Assembly (NCBI GenBank): GCA_009926935.1 | Contig: RFNZ01000003.1 | Coordinates: 16,238 to 80,237, forward strand | DNA from: Pseudomonadota bacterium | GTDB taxonomy: Bacteria; Pseudomonadota; Alphaproteobacteria; Micavibrionales; UBA1664 | Length of the DNA stretch: 64,000 nucleotides | Direction of reading: 5' to 3' | Part shown: one piece after another, positions 1 through 11,266 of the stretch | Numbering within the stretch: position 1 is the first letter of the stretch | How the letters are laid out: each line of letters begins with the position of its first letter | Translations under genes and position numbers: made by a program | Notes under the pieces: generated by a model | What the model was told of the DNA's origin: nothing | The model's input: only the letters and a program-made list of their open reading frames with translations | The model's database searches: none

Positions 1-2
1 GA

Positions 3-815
<813 letters not shown>

Positions 816-922
816 TTTTTATCCACAGAATTCTCATCGGAACTTTCAGGCAACGCCTTGTTAGAGCTTCGTTTTTCGCTTATTGCTTCAGGTAGTTTTT
901 GAAGTTGAACGGATCCCCGCTC

Positions 923-1840
923 GTGACAAGCCACCATATCAACTACGCAGCTTATGTTTCCCCTGAAAGCGTTGCCGGTAAAAGCAGGCGTCGTTTCAGC
1001 CTTCCTCTTGTTCTTATGGTTGCCGCCGGAACGCTCATGGTTACGCACCTGGTTGCACGTCCGTCTCTTGATCGTCTACAGCAAACGATTTTTGATGTGG
1101 CTGCGCCCGTTATTTCCTATGCACAGAAACCTATCGATCAGTTGCACGATCGCCTAGACTCTCTACTGGCGTGGGCTTCTATCCGCCATGAAAATGAGTC
1201 ACTGCGTGCAGAAAATGAAAAACTGAAAGAATGGTATCAGGCTGCCCTGATGCTCGAGTCTGAAAACAAGGCATTGCGCGATCTCCTTAATGTTGACAGC
1301 GAGCAGGCACAAAAATTTGTAACGACGCGCGTGATTGCCGATGGATCTTCCGCTTATGCCAAAAGTCTTGTGATTGAGGGAGGGCGCGCTTCCGGAATTG
1401 TCAAAGGGCAGGGTGTCGTCAGCCATGAGGGATTGATTGGCCGTGTGATCGAAGCAGGTTCTCGTACAGCCCGCGTTTTGTTATTGCAGGATATAAACTC
1501 ACGCATCCCTGTTTTGGTTGAGGGCAGTAATGAGCGCGCTATACTCGCCGGCACAAATGATTCCATGCCTGTTCTGGACCATCTTGCCGCCGATCATAAA
1601 GTAGCTGCGGGGCAGCGAGTCGTTACATCAGGCCTTGGCGGTCTCTTCCCGTTTGGTTTACCTGTTGGCGAAACCGTCCTTAATACTGATGGAAGTGTTG
1701 GCGTCAGGCTATATGCTTCATCCGAGCGCAGCCAGCATGTGCAGGTGGTTGATTACGGTATTAAACCGCTTTTGAGCGATCCTACCTATTCCGCATCGGC
1801 GTCCGCTGAGACCGACGTCGATTCTTTTGAACCAAACTAA
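923..1840 (+). CDS. mreC: Rod shape-determining protein MreC (start uncertain, GTG 923 chosen)
   Basis: N-terminal TM, coiled coil, GLIGRV and VVTSGLGGLFPFGLPVG motifs; follows mreB. Confidence 0.93.
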   Translation: MTSHHINYAAYVSPESVAGKSRRRFSLPLVLMVAAGTLMVTHLVARPSLDRLQQTIFDVAAPVISYAQKPIDQLHDRLDSLLAWASIRHENESLRAENEKLKEWYQAALMLESENKALRDLLNVDSEQAQKFVTTRVIADGSSAYAKSLVIEGGRASGIVKGQGVVSHEGLIGRVIEAGSRTARVLLLQDINSRIPVLVEGSNERAILAGTNDSMPVLDHLAADHKVAAGQRVVTSGLGGLFPFGLPVGETVLNTDGSVGVRLYASSERSQHVQVVDYGIKPLLSDPTYSASASAETDVDSFEPN

Positions 1841-1849
1841 GTTCCTGCC

Positions 1850-2371
1850 ATGGTGCCGGTTCCACTTGCCGCACGTGTCGCACCGGCGATAGCTTTTATT
1901 CTTTTGCTGGCACTGCTTTCCATGCAGTCTTTTACGCTCTCGAGCTTACTTACCGTTAATATGGCTCTTGTTCTTCATGCGCTTTATTTCTGGAGCGTTT
2001 TCAGGCCTAGAATTTTTCCGGCCTGGCTTGCTTTTCTTTTGGGGTTTCTGATCGATATCGTATCCGGCCGGCTTTTGGGACTTAATGCTTTTTTGTTTGT
2101 GTTTATCCAGCTCGTCATCCTGAGGCAAAGGCGCTATCTGCTGAGCCAGCCATTCGCTACGCAGTGGGGTGCATTTCTATTTTTAGCGCTTGTTGCGGAG
2201 GCGTTGCGTTGGGGGATCATGGCGCTTGTTGATACAGCCATTCTATCGCCGCTTCCCGCCCTCACATCTGCCGTTTGCAGTGCTGCTATTTATCCGATTA
2301 CCGCCCTTGTGATGCAGGCATGCCTTCGGGTAATCTCGCCATACACTTCATGTGATAGATTAGAAGGCTGA
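1850..2371 (+). CDS. mreD: Rod shape-determining protein MreD
   Basis: Hydrophobic 173 aa, LYFWSVFRP..AFLLGFLIDIVSG, position in mre operon. Confidence 0.9.
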   Translation: MVPVPLAARVAPAIAFILLLALLSMQSFTLSSLLTVNMALVLHALYFWSVFRPRIFPAWLAFLLGFLIDIVSGRLLGLNAFLFVFIQLVILRQRRYLLSQPFATQWGAFLFLALVAEALRWGIMALVDTAILSPLPALTSAVCSAAIYPITALVMQACLRVISPYTSCDRLEG

Positions 2372-4245
2372 TGGATAGCGATCGGGAACGCATCGTTTCT
2401 TTTACGCGGCGTGCGCTGGTGCTTGGCGGCGTCAAGGGTGCGCTTGTGGCTACGCTTGCGGCACGCCTCGGGTGGTTGCAGCTGGCTGAGGCGTCACACT
2501 TTCAGACGCTGGCTGAAAACAACCGCATCAATATGAAGCTTATTGCGCCCACGCGCGGGCTTATTTACGACAGAAGCGGTGCCAAGCTTGCAGAGAACAA
2601 GCAAGATTTCAGAGTTTTGATTACGCCAGAGCTGACTGACGACATGGAGGCTTCGCTCGATAAATTTTCTCGTATTCTGCCGCTCAGACCTTCCGAAAAA
2701 ACAAGCGTTCTGACTCGGGCCAAACAACAACCGCGTTTTGTACCTATCGAAATCATTGGAAATCTTTCGTGGGAGCAAGTGGCTGCGATTGAAGTCAATA
2801 TGCCGGATTTGCCGGGGATATCGATTGATGTGGGGCAGCGTCGTAATTATCCGGAAGGCCCCGCAACTGCACATGTTGTCGGGTATGTCGGTTCCGTTTC
2901 CAAAGACGACCAGACCAATGACCCTGTTCTCAGTCTGCCAGGCTTTCGTATAGGAAAAACCGGTCTTGAAAAAGAATTTGAAATTGATTTGCGTGGTATT
3001 GCGGGCACAAGTCGTATCGAGGTGAATGTGGCGGGGCGGACAGTCCGCGAGCTTACCCGCGATGAGGGGCAGGCTGGCGTCGATCTCACGCTTTCAATTG
3101 ATCTCGGGCTTCAGAAAAAAGTGCAGGAGGCGTTGTCTTCGGAAAAAAGCGCGTCCGCCGTTGTTATGGATGCGCACACGGGGGCTGTGTACGCGCTGGC
3201 TTCCAGCCCGTCATTCGATCCTAATCTTTTTACAACAGGCATATCGCAGGATGCTTGGGATGCGCTCAATAATGACGAGGCGAATCCTCTCAATAATAAA
3301 GCGGCCGGAGGCACGTATCCGCCCGGATCTACGTTTAAAATGATGACAGCCATCGCGGGGCTTGAAGCGGGTGTTATCAAGCCGACTACGCGTTTTTACT
3401 GCCCAGGGCATTACGATATAGGCGATCATCGGTTCCACTGCTGGAAACAAGGCGGGCACGGAAGCGTCGATTTAAAGGCAGCACTTTCGCAGAGCTGCGA
3501 TACTTATTTTTACAGTATCTCCCGTGACATAGGCATAGATAAAATTGCCGCAGTCGCCAGACGTTTTGGTTTGGGTGCCGTGCAGGACATCGAGCTTCCC
3601 GAAGAACGTAAAGGTACGGTGCCTGATCAGGCTTGGAAAATGAAAGAATACAAAAAGAAATGGGAGCCAGGTGAGACTGTTCTTGCAAGTATTGGTCAGG
3701 GCTATTTGTTATCCACGCCCTTACAGCTTGCTGTCATGACTGCCCGGCTGGTTAACGGCGGTAAGGCTGTTAAACCCTGGCTTATCGGCCGTGTCCACGA
3801 CCGCAAGGCGCCGAATGCCTTGCGCAGTTGGGGTGCCGTATCCGTACTTCCCCAGCATCTTGAAGCCGTGAAGGTAGGTATGGATGCCGTGGTCAATGAC
3901 GAGCATGGCACCGCGCATGCCTCAGCAATAAAAGTAGAAGGGCGTGAGATGGGCGGCAAAACAGGTACCGCGCAGGTTAAACGCATCACCATGCAAGAGC
4001 GCAGTGAGGGCGTTACAAAACAGGAAGACCAACCTTGGAAATTCAGGCACCATGCACTTTTCGTGGGGTATGCGCCCATGCATGCGCCACGTTATGTTAC
4101 GTGTGTGGTTGTAGAGCATGGCGGCAGCGGGTCAGGCGCTGCTGCACCGATTGCGCGTGATATTCTGACGGCTGCTCAAGAGATTTCTCCGGATACAAAA
4201 AATATGTTTAAGCCCGCTCCTGATAAAAAGGAAAATGAAGCATGA
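2371..4245 (+). CDS. mrdA: Penicillin-binding protein 2
   Basis: SxxK (GSTFK), SxD (SCD) and KTGTAQ motifs. Confidence 0.96.
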   Translation: MDSDRERIVSFTRRALVLGGVKGALVATLAARLGWLQLAEASHFQTLAENNRINMKLIAPTRGLIYDRSGAKLAENKQDFRVLITPELTDDMEASLDKFSRILPLRPSEKTSVLTRAKQQPRFVPIEIIGNLSWEQVAAIEVNMPDLPGISIDVGQRRNYPEGPATAHVVGYVGSVSKDDQTNDPVLSLPGFRIGKTGLEKEFEIDLRGIAGTSRIEVNVAGRTVRELTRDEGQAGVDLTLSIDLGLQKKVQEALSSEKSASAVVMDAHTGAVYALASSPSFDPNLFTTGISQDAWDALNNDEANPLNNKAAGGTYPPGSTFKMMTAIAGLEAGVIKPTTRFYCPGHYDIGDHRFHCWKQGGHGSVDLKAALSQSCDTYFYSISRDIGIDKIAAVARRFGLGAVQDIELPEERKGTVPDQAWKMKEYKKKWEPGETVLASIGQGYLLSTPLQLAVMTARLVNGGKAVKPWLIGRVHDRKAPNALRSWGAVSVLPQHLEAVKVGMDAVVNDEHGTAHASAIKVEGREMGGKTGTAQVKRITMQERSEGVTKQEDQPWKFRHHALFVGYAPMHAPRYVTCVVVEHGGSGSGAAAPIARDILTAAQEISPDTKNMFKPAPDKKENEA

Positions 4246-5390
4246 TCGGGCGAGAGAGCACCATTACCGTCCGTAGTGAGAGCCGTCGCTCGGGAATCTT
4301 TGGCCGTTTGATCGCGATGCCCTGGCTTTTTGTGCTTTCTGTTATTTTGTTAGCCGGGGTTGGTTTTGGGGCATTGTATTCGGCCGCCGGAGGTAGCTGG
4401 GAACGCTGGGCCGAGCCTCAGTTCATAAGATTTTGCATTGGTTTTGTAGGGATGATGTTTGTAGCCGTCCTTGATATGAAATGGATATACAGGTTTGCAT
4501 ACCCTTTTTGGTTTCTGTGTATTGGCCTGCTTTTTCTGGTTGAAGTCATGGGGGTCATTGGTATGGGCGCGCAGCGCTGGCTTGATCTGGGGTTTTTTAA
4601 TCTCCAGCCTTCTGATCTTACCAAAGTTGCCGTTGTTCTTGCGATGGCACGATTTTATCACGATCTTACAATTGACCAGATACGCCGATTAAAATCTCTG
4701 ATTGTGCCATTTGTCATTACGGCCGTACCCGCCGCCGTTATCATTTTGCAGCCTGATCTAGGAACGGCCCTCATGATTGTAATGATTGCTGCCGCCATGA
4801 TGTTTATTGGTGGTGCGTCATGGTGGTTGTTTGCAGGGGGCATAGCTGCTGTTGGGTCTGCTGCACCCATAGCGTTTCATTTCCTGCATGACTATCAGAA
4901 GAAGCGCGTCATGACGTTCTTGAACCCGGAAAGTGATCCTTTGGGCGCCGGGTATCACATTACACAATCCAAAATTGCGATAGGATCTGGCGGGCTGCAT
5001 GGCAAAGGTTATCTTGAAGGCTCGCAGGCAAACCTCAATTTTTTGCCGGAAAAGCATACAGACTTCATCTTCACCCTTCTTGCAGAAGAATGGGGCTTTG
5101 TCGGCTGTATACTTCTCTTAATCCTCTTTTCGTTTATTTTTTGGCAGGGATATCGAATTGCCTTTCGCTCACGCAGCGATTTTGGTCGTATGCTGGCACT
5201 TGGCCTTGTTACTAACTACGCCATCTATATCGTGATCAACATAGGTATGGTCACGGGTATTTTGCCCGTGGTGGGTGAGCCGCTGCCTCTTATATCTTAT
5301 GGGGGCACAGTCATGATTTCGACCCTGTTTGCTTTCGGTATGATTTTAAACGTGGCTGTCAATCGTAACCAGATGATACCAAGAGGGTAG
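4242..5390 (+). CDS. rodA: SEDS peptidoglycan polymerase RodA
   Basis: GAQRW, QPDLGT, FLPEKHTDFIF and LPLISYGG motifs. Confidence 0.96.
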   Translation: MIGRESTITVRSESRRSGIFGRLIAMPWLFVLSVILLAGVGFGALYSAAGGSWERWAEPQFIRFCIGFVGMMFVAVLDMKWIYRFAYPFWFLCIGLLFLVEVMGVIGMGAQRWLDLGFFNLQPSDLTKVAVVLAMARFYHDLTIDQIRRLKSLIVPFVITAVPAAVIILQPDLGTALMIVMIAAAMMFIGGASWWLFAGGIAAVGSAAPIAFHFLHDYQKKRVMTFLNPESDPLGAGYHITQSKIAIGSGGLHGKGYLEGSQANLNFLPEKHTDFIFTLLAEEWGFVGCILLLILFSFIFWQGYRIAFRSRSDFGRMLALGLVTNYAIYIVINIGMVTGILPVVGEPLPLISYGGTVMISTLFAFGMILNVAVNRNQMIPRG

Positions 5391-5391
5391 T

Positions 5392-6450
5392 ATGGCATCT
5401 TTGTTTGATCCGCTTAAAGCTGGGGCATTAACACTTTCCAATCGCGTTGTTATGGCCCCCTTAACCCGCGCCCGGGCGGGCGCAAGCCGTGTCCCTAATG
5501 ATCTTATGGCTGAATATTACGCTCAACGAGCATCAGCTGGCCTTATCGTATCTGAGGCAACGGCCGTGTGCCCCATGGGTTATGGCTGGCGTGATGCACC
5601 TGCCATGTATACGGATGCGCAGGAAGAAGGATGGTGCAAGGTTACAAAAGCTGTACACGATAAAGGCGGGCAGATTGTTTTGCAGCTTTGGCATATGGGG
5701 CGAGTATCCCACCCCGATTTTCTGGATGGAGCTTTGCCGCACGCACCATCGGCGATTGCTGCGGATGGGGAGCATAAATCCATCCATAAGCCGTATGTTG
5801 TGCCGCATGCGATGACGGTTGAGGAGATTGCCGAAACTGTGAAGGCTTATGCGGATGCAGCGAAGCGCGCTGTGCGGGCCGGTTTTGACGGTGTTGAGAT
5901 CCACGGCGCCAATGGATACCTGATTGACCAGTTTTTGCGGGACGGAAGCAATCTAAGATCAGATGATTATGGCGGCAGCATCGAAAAGCGTGCGCGGTTT
6001 ATGCTGGAGGTAACGGGCGCTGTTTGTGATGCCATAGGCGCTGATCGCACGGGTATCAGGCTTACGGCCATGAACGGATATAACAGCATGAATGACAGTG
6101 ATCTTGAGTCTGTCATGGTGCATGCGGCATCTGCCCTTCGGGAAGTCAAACTTGCCTATCTTCATGTCCGTGAACCAGCATCGGCATGTGTCATTATGCC
6201 GAAGATGAAGGCTGCATTTAGGGGCGTTGTCATAGGTAATGATGGCTATGACGGTAAAAGTGCTCAGGCAGCGATTGATTCAGGTATCTGTGATGCCGTG
6301 GCTTTTGGTGTCAAATACATCGCAAACCCTGACCTTGTTGAACGTCTGCGAGCGGGAGTGCCTTTAAATACGCCGGATTCGGCTACTTTTTATAAGGGCA
6401 CAACGCAGGGATATACCGATTATCCGAAGTACGCGGGCAAAGCTGCATGA
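5392..6450 (+). CDS. Old yellow enzyme family alkene reductase (NemA-like)
   Basis: NRVVMAPLTRAR and GFDGVEIHGANGYLIDQF motifs. Confidence 0.93.
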   Translation: MASLFDPLKAGALTLSNRVVMAPLTRARAGASRVPNDLMAEYYAQRASAGLIVSEATAVCPMGYGWRDAPAMYTDAQEEGWCKVTKAVHDKGGQIVLQLWHMGRVSHPDFLDGALPHAPSAIAADGEHKSIHKPYVVPHAMTVEEIAETVKAYADAAKRAVRAGFDGVEIHGANGYLIDQFLRDGSNLRSDDYGGSIEKRARFMLEVTGAVCDAIGADRTGIRLTAMNGYNSMNDSDLESVMVHAASALREVKLAYLHVREPASACVIMPKMKAAFRGVVIGNDGYDGKSAQAAIDSGICDAVAFGVKYIANPDLVERLRAGVPLNTPDSATFYKGTTQGYTDYPKYAGKAA

Positions 6451-7043
6451 CCGATTATCAGGTGATGTTGGGCAGCCTTAGTTCTGCAATCGCTATCGGC
6501 ATGATGGTGCCCTACATCCATTCCATTTTAAAAGGTTTTACAAGGCCGCATGTGTTCACATGGTTTTTGTGGGGCCTCGCGAATGGTATCGCCGGTGTTG
6601 CACAATTCATGGAAGGTGGCGGCCCTGGTGCCTGGACGAACCTTGTAGGCGGCGTCATGTGCTGGCTTGGTGCAGGGCTTGGCTACTGGAAATATGGTGC
6701 CAAGGATATCCGCCGAGCGGATTGGTATGCATTCATCGCTGCTCTTATCGGGCTTGCATCATGGGCGCTTACGAAAGATCCGTTGCTGTCTGTAGTCATG
6801 ATTACCGTTATCGACATGCTGGCTTTTTACCCGTCTTTTCGCAAAGGCTGGGAAAAACCGCATGAAGACAGGGTTTATCTGTTTCTTGTCAGTGATGTTA
6901 AGCACATTCTTGGGCTTGCGGCGCTAACAAGCTTTACTGTTACGACCGTTATGTTTCCTGCATCGCTGGTTTTGACGAACACGCTCTATATCCTGATGTT
7001 GCTATACAGGCGGCGTGTCTTGGCTGCTCAGGCTGCGGATTGA
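6447..7043 (+). CDS. Hypothetical multi-pass membrane protein (PQ-loop-like)
   Basis: About 7 hydrophobic segments, two PY/PxF..K.P half-repeats; ATGA overlap with upstream gene. Confidence 0.7.
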   Translation: MTDYQVMLGSLSSAIAIGMMVPYIHSILKGFTRPHVFTWFLWGLANGIAGVAQFMEGGGPGAWTNLVGGVMCWLGAGLGYWKYGAKDIRRADWYAFIAALIGLASWALTKDPLLSVVMITVIDMLAFYPSFRKGWEKPHEDRVYLFLVSDVKHILGLAALTSFTVTTVMFPASLVLTNTLYILMLLYRRRVLAAQAAD

Positions 7044-7372
7044 TCACGGAAGGAAATACTTTTTTCCTTCAGAAGGGCTTGGAGTTCGCCGCTTTCGTAC
7101 ATCTCGCGTATGATGTCGCAGCCGCCTACGAATTCCTCTTTGACGTAGAGCTGGGGGATCGTTGGCCAGTTGGTGAAATCCTTTATGCCTTGGCGGATTT
7201 CGGCATCAGGCAACACATCCACGCCTTTAAACGGCACTTGCAAGATAGATAGTATTTGAACGACAGCTGCCGAGAAACCGCATTGCGGGAAAACGGGCGT
7301 GCCTTTCATGTATAGAACGACATCGTTTTCAGAGAGGTCTTTTTTGATACGGTCGAAGACGGGGTTGGTCAT
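7028..7372 (-). CDS. grxD: Monothiol glutaredoxin Grx4
   Basis: PQCGFS and WPTIPQLY motifs. Confidence 0.96.
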   Translation of the reverse strand: MTNPVFDRIKKDLSENDVVLYMKGTPVFPQCGFSAAVVQILSILQVPFKGVDVLPDAEIRQGIKDFTNWPTIPQLYVKEEFVGGCDIIREMYESGELQALLKEKSISFRDQSAA

Positions 7373-7614
7373 TATTTTGTTCCTTCCGGTACTTTTGTAT
7401 GTATTTGCAATGCGTGTAAATCGGTGCCGAGTTTGCCTTGAAGGGCTTCCTGCACCATACGGTGCTGGGCGATGCGGCTGAGGCCACGGAAAGCCTCGGC
7501 CGTCACGATCGCGGCGTAATGCTCGCCATCGCCGCGTAAGTCTTCAATGCGTACATCCGCACCTGCGATACCATCGCGGATCATTTTTTCGATGTGGTCG
7601 GCTTCCATACCCAT
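7372..7614 (-). CDS. bolA: BolA family protein
   Basis: GDGEHY..F.GLSRIAQHRMV..LHALQI; adjacent to grxD. Confidence 0.93.
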   Translation of the reverse strand: MGMEADHIEKMIRDGIAGADVRIEDLRGDGEHYAAIVTAEAFRGLSRIAQHRMVQEALQGKLGTDLHALQIHTKVPEGTK

Positions 7615-7616
7615 GG

Positions 7617-9803
7617 TCAGTTCTTGCCAGCCATATAGTTTGGTAGCCAGCCTTCGTGAAGGTCGCGCAGGGTTTTTATTTCAACGCCCATAAGGGCGGT
7701 GCCACCGACTTTACCGAGTGTGATGTGCGGGGCCGTAATTTTTTCAGGCGTTGATGTTGCTACTACATAGCGGCCCTGGTCTTCACCGAACCAGAAGGCC
7801 GCTATTTCTGGGCCATCCAGTTTTGCGCCGATATTGGCGGCAAGTGCCATTTCAGCGATGGCCGTTAATACGCCGCCGTCGCTGATATCGTGGCAGGCGG
7901 ATACGAGCCCAGCCTCTATCAAGGTGCGGACGGCATCGCCCGTTTGTTTTTCGTGTTTTAAATCGACCGGCGGTACATCGCCGGCTTCCGTCCCGTGGAT
8001 TTCACGGGCGAAGAGGGATTGGCCGAGATGGGTTGTAGCGCCACCGATAAGAAGAAGCGTATCGCCTTCCTTATAGGCAAGGCCGACGGTTTTGCGTGCG
8101 TCATCTATCAAACCAACGCCCCCGATGACAGGGGTTGGTAAAATCGCTTTGCCGTTGGTTTCGTTATAGAGCGACACGTTGCCGGAGACGACGGGGTAAT
8201 CGAGCGCCAAACACGCCTCGCGCATACCTTCGATGCTCTCGGCGAACTGGCCCATGATTTCAGGTTTTTCAGGGTTACCGAAGTTAAGGTTGTTGGTGAT
8301 GGCCAAAGGCTTTCCGCCTGTGGCCGTTATATTCCGCCAGCTTTCTGCTACGGCTTGTTTTGCGCCCTCGCGTGGGTTTGCCTGTACGTAGCGTGGGGTG
8401 CAATCGGATGTAATGACGAGGGCCTTTTGCTTTCCGTCCAGCCGGACAACGGCTGCATCTGCTTGTGCGGGGCCGTATCTGGTTTCGCCGCGGACGATGG
8501 GGTCGTATTGCTCGTAGATCCATTTTTTGGAGGCGACGTCGGGGCAGGCGATGATTTTTTTGAGCGCCTCAACCAAGCCGCCTGCCGGGAGTGCCGTGTG
8601 CTGCGGATTGAGTGTCGCAGGCTTGGGTTGAGCTGCTGTTGGACGCACGTATTTGGGCGATTCATCAACCAGTGGTGGCACAGGAATATCGCACCATGTA
8701 CGGCCGTACATGTTGAGCGTGAGGTAACGGCGTTCAACCGTATGGCCAATCGTTGCGTAATCGAGATCCCATTTATCGAAGATTTTAAAAGCTTCGGCCT
8801 CCTTGCCTGGTTTTAAAATCACCAGCATGCGTTCCTGTGATTCCGAGAGCATGATCTCGTAAGGGACCATGCCGCTCTCGCGCATCGGGACTTTATCGAG
8901 ATCCATCACAAGGCCAATCTCACCTTTGGCCGCTATTTCAACGGATGATGAGGTGAGGCCAGCCGCGCCCATATCCTGAAGCGACACGATGCAATCGGTT
9001 TTCATGAGTTCAAGGCAGGCTTCAAGCAATAGTTTTTCGGTGAAGGGGTCGCCTACCTGTACGGTCGGGCGCTGGTCTTCATCACCTTCAGTGAATTCGG
9101 CGGATGACATGGTTGCGCCGTGGATACCATCGCGCCCTGTTTTGGAGCCGACGTAAACGACAGGTTGCCCTACAGATGCGCCGCGGGAGTAGAAGATTTT
9201 ATCGGTGTCAGCGACGCCGACCGTCATAGCATTGACGAGGATATTGCCGTTGTAAGCGGCATGAAAGTTTGTTTCCCCACCCACAGTTGGCACGCCGACG
9301 GCGTTGCCGTAATCGCCAATGCCTTTAACAACTCCCGCGATGAGCTGGCGAGTTTTAGGGTGAGATGGATCACCAAAACGGAGAGCGTTGATGTTGGCGA
9401 TTGGCCGTGCGCCCATCGTAAACACATCACGCAAAATGCCACCAACGCCTGTGGCTGCGCCCTGATATGGCTCAATGTAAGACGGGTGGTTGTGGCTCTC
9501 CATTTTAAAGACGGCGGCCTGACCATCGCCAATATCAATCACGCCCGCGCCTTCGCCTGGGCCTTGGATAACCCAAGGGGCTTTGGTGGGTAACTTGGCA
9601 AGCCAGTGGCGGGAGGATTTATACGAGCAGTGCTCCGACCACATCACCGAAAAAATGCCGAGTTCAGTGTAAGTCGGCTCGCGCTTTAAAATATTGAGGA
9701 TATGTTTGTATTCATCGGGCTTAAGGCCGAACTCGCCTGCGAGTTTTTCGCTGACCGCGGGTTCCTTGAAAGTTTCAGGTAATTTTTGCGCTGCTTGGGC
9801 CAT
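7617..9803 (-). CDS. purL: Phosphoribosylformylglycinamidine synthase subunit PurL
   Basis: [18 protein letters not shown] and QDMGAAGL motifs; start moved to ATG 9803. Confidence 0.97.
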   Translation of the reverse strand: MAQAAQKLPETFKEPAVSEKLAGEFGLKPDEYKHILNILKREPTYTELGIFSVMWSEHCSYKSSRHWLAKLPTKAPWVIQGPGEGAGVIDIGDGQAAVFKMESHNHPSYIEPYQGAATGVGGILRDVFTMGARPIANINALRFGDPSHPKTRQLIAGVVKGIGDYGNAVGVPTVGGETNFHAAYNGNILVNAMTVGVADTDKIFYSRGASVGQPVVYVGSKTGRDGIHGATMSSAEFTEGDEDQRPTVQVGDPFTEKLLLEACLELMKTDCIVSLQDMGAAGLTSSSVEIAAKGEIGLVMDLDKVPMRESGMVPYEIMLSESQERMLVILKPGKEAEAFKIFDKWDLDYATIGHTVERRYLTLNMYGRTWCDIPVPPLVDESPKYVRPTAAQPKPATLNPQHTALPAGGLVEALKKIIACPDVASKKWIYEQYDPIVRGETRYGPAQADAAVVRLDGKQKALVITSDCTPRYVQANPREGAKQAVAESWRNITATGGKPLAITNNLNFGNPEKPEIMGQFAESIEGMREACLALDYPVVSGNVSLYNETNGKAILPTPVIGGVGLIDDARKTVGLAYKEGDTLLLIGGATTHLGQSLFAREIHGTEAGDVPPVDLKHEKQTGDAVRTLIEAGLVSACHDISDGGVLTAIAEMALAANIGAKLDGPEIAAFWFGEDQGRYVVATSTPEKITAPHITLGKVGGTALMGVEIKTLRDLHEGWLPNYMAGKN

Positions 9804-9828
9804 GGTATCCGTTTTATAAAAATGTTTA

Positions 9829-9892
9829 ACCACGAAGCACACTAAGAGCACTAAGATACCGATCTCTTAGTGTTCTTTGTGATCTTAGTGGT
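9829..9892. repeat. Imperfect intergenic inverted repeat (27-bp arms) with 9-nt CAC.AAG periodicity
   Basis: ACCACGAAGCACACTAAGAGCACTAAG vs reverse complement ACCACTAAGATCACAAAGAACACTAAG (22/27 identical). Confidence 0.75.
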
Positions 9893-9905
9893 AAAAATTT
9901 ATTTA

Positions 9906-10568
9906 TCATCTCAGCACACTCGCGATGCCTTCGAAGAAGGGACTTGCTGAGGCGTTACCGAGTGTTTCATCCGTTGCGTCTTCAGGGTGGGGCATCATGC
10001 CCAGAATTGTTTTTGTTTCGTTATAAACACCGGCGATGTTGTCGGTCGCGCCGTTTATGTTTTCGAGGTAGCGGAAGGCGACTTGGTCGTTATCGTTCAA
10101 GGCCTTCAACGTATCGGCATCGACGACGTAATTGCCTTCACCGTGGGCGACGGGGACGGTTATTACATCGCCCTTTTTCATTTTGGATGTGAAGGTGCTG
10201 CTCGTGCCATCAAGGCGGAGCTGCACCGATTTGCAGATGAATTTGAGCGATGTGTTGCGCAGGAGCGCGCCAGGCACAAGCCGCGTTTCAACCAACATCT
10301 GGAAGCCGTTGCATACGGCAAGGAGGGGTGTGCCGCCTTTAGCGAGGCGTATCACTTCCTTCATTACCGGAGAATGTGCGGCGATGGCACCGCAGCGCAG
10401 GTAATCGCCATAGGAAAAGCCGCCGGGCAAGACGATGAGGTCGGGTTTGCCGATCTCTGTATCTTTGTGCCAGAGGAGCGTTGGGCGCATGCCTGATGTG
10501 CGCTCGATGGCATCAGCCATATCTTTTTCACGGTTAGACCCGGGAAATACCACAACGACGGATTTCAT
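9906..10568 (-). CDS. purQ: Phosphoribosylformylglycinamidine synthase subunit PurQ
   Basis: FPGSN, PGGFSYGDYLR, CNGFQ and MMPHPE motifs; GAGGTG RBS before ATG 10568. Confidence 0.97.
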   Translation of the reverse strand: MKSVVVVFPGSNREKDMADAIERTSGMRPTLLWHKDTEIGKPDLIVLPGGFSYGDYLRCGAIAAHSPVMKEVIRLAKGGTPLLAVCNGFQMLVETRLVPGALLRNTSLKFICKSVQLRLDGTSSTFTSKMKKGDVITVPVAHGEGNYVVDADTLKALNDNDQVAFRYLENINGATDNIAGVYNETKTILGMMPHPEDATDETLGNASASPFFEGIASVLR

Positions 10569-10821
10569 ATACACCTCTCAAGCCCCTTGTTTGTCACGTT
10601 TTGCGCCTATTTTACAAGTGTTAATTGGCTGAGCTTGGTGTCTAAATTGAAAAAAAATCAACCATTAATATGGCAATAATAACGTTTTTAAAAAATGGAT
10701 TTTACCAACAAGATTCTTGTTGGAAATGTGTTGGACGTGGTGCTAGCGTCATTCTGCTAGCAGACACGTGTAGGGCAAAAAAGAAACCGAGCTCGCCCTG
10801 CGGCTGAGTTGAACAGGCTAT

Positions 10822-10856
10822 AAAAAAGCACGACCCAATTAAGGTCGTGCTTTTTT
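10822..10856. terminator. Bidirectional intrinsic terminator
   Basis: AAAAAAGCACGACC-CAATTAA-GGTCGTGCTTTTTT. Confidence 0.85.
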
Positions 10857-10880
10857 GTTGAGGTGTGCTTTTAGGTTGAA

Positions 10881-11195
10881 TCAAGCTGCTTTTATCTGGA
10901 TTTCCGCCTCTTTCATGAATTTTACCATCATGGATGATACAGTGTCTGTGGCCTTGCCTTTGGCTACGAGATCGCCGGTGACCTTGGCTATAACATCGCC
11001 CGTACCAGCTTCTTTAAGGTTTGAGGAAACGACGGTGCCAGCGTAATTATCGGCTTCCTCGCCTGTCAGGCCCATTTCCTGTGCGGCCCAGAGCCCTAAA
11101 AGGCGGCTAGCTCGGGATTCGATGCGGAAAAGCATATCTTGATCGTGTGCGTATTTGTTTTCAAAGGCGGTTTCGCGGTTCTCGAGGTGGCTCAT
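10881..11195 (-). CDS. DUF1476 / ATP synthase zeta-inhibitor family protein
   Basis: RETAFENKYAHDQ..FRIESR..RLLGLWAA signature; divergent from purC. Confidence 0.88.
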   Translation of the reverse strand: MSHLENRETAFENKYAHDQDMLFRIESRASRLLGLWAAQEMGLTGEEADNYAGTVVSSNLKEAGTGDVIAKVTGDLVAKGKATDTVSSMMVKFMKEAEIQIKAA

Positions 11196-11266
11196 GGCAA
11201 GATTTCCCTTTCGTCTTGGGCCTGAATTCTCTAAAAGACACTTAGATTTGTAAAGGACAAAAGGCA

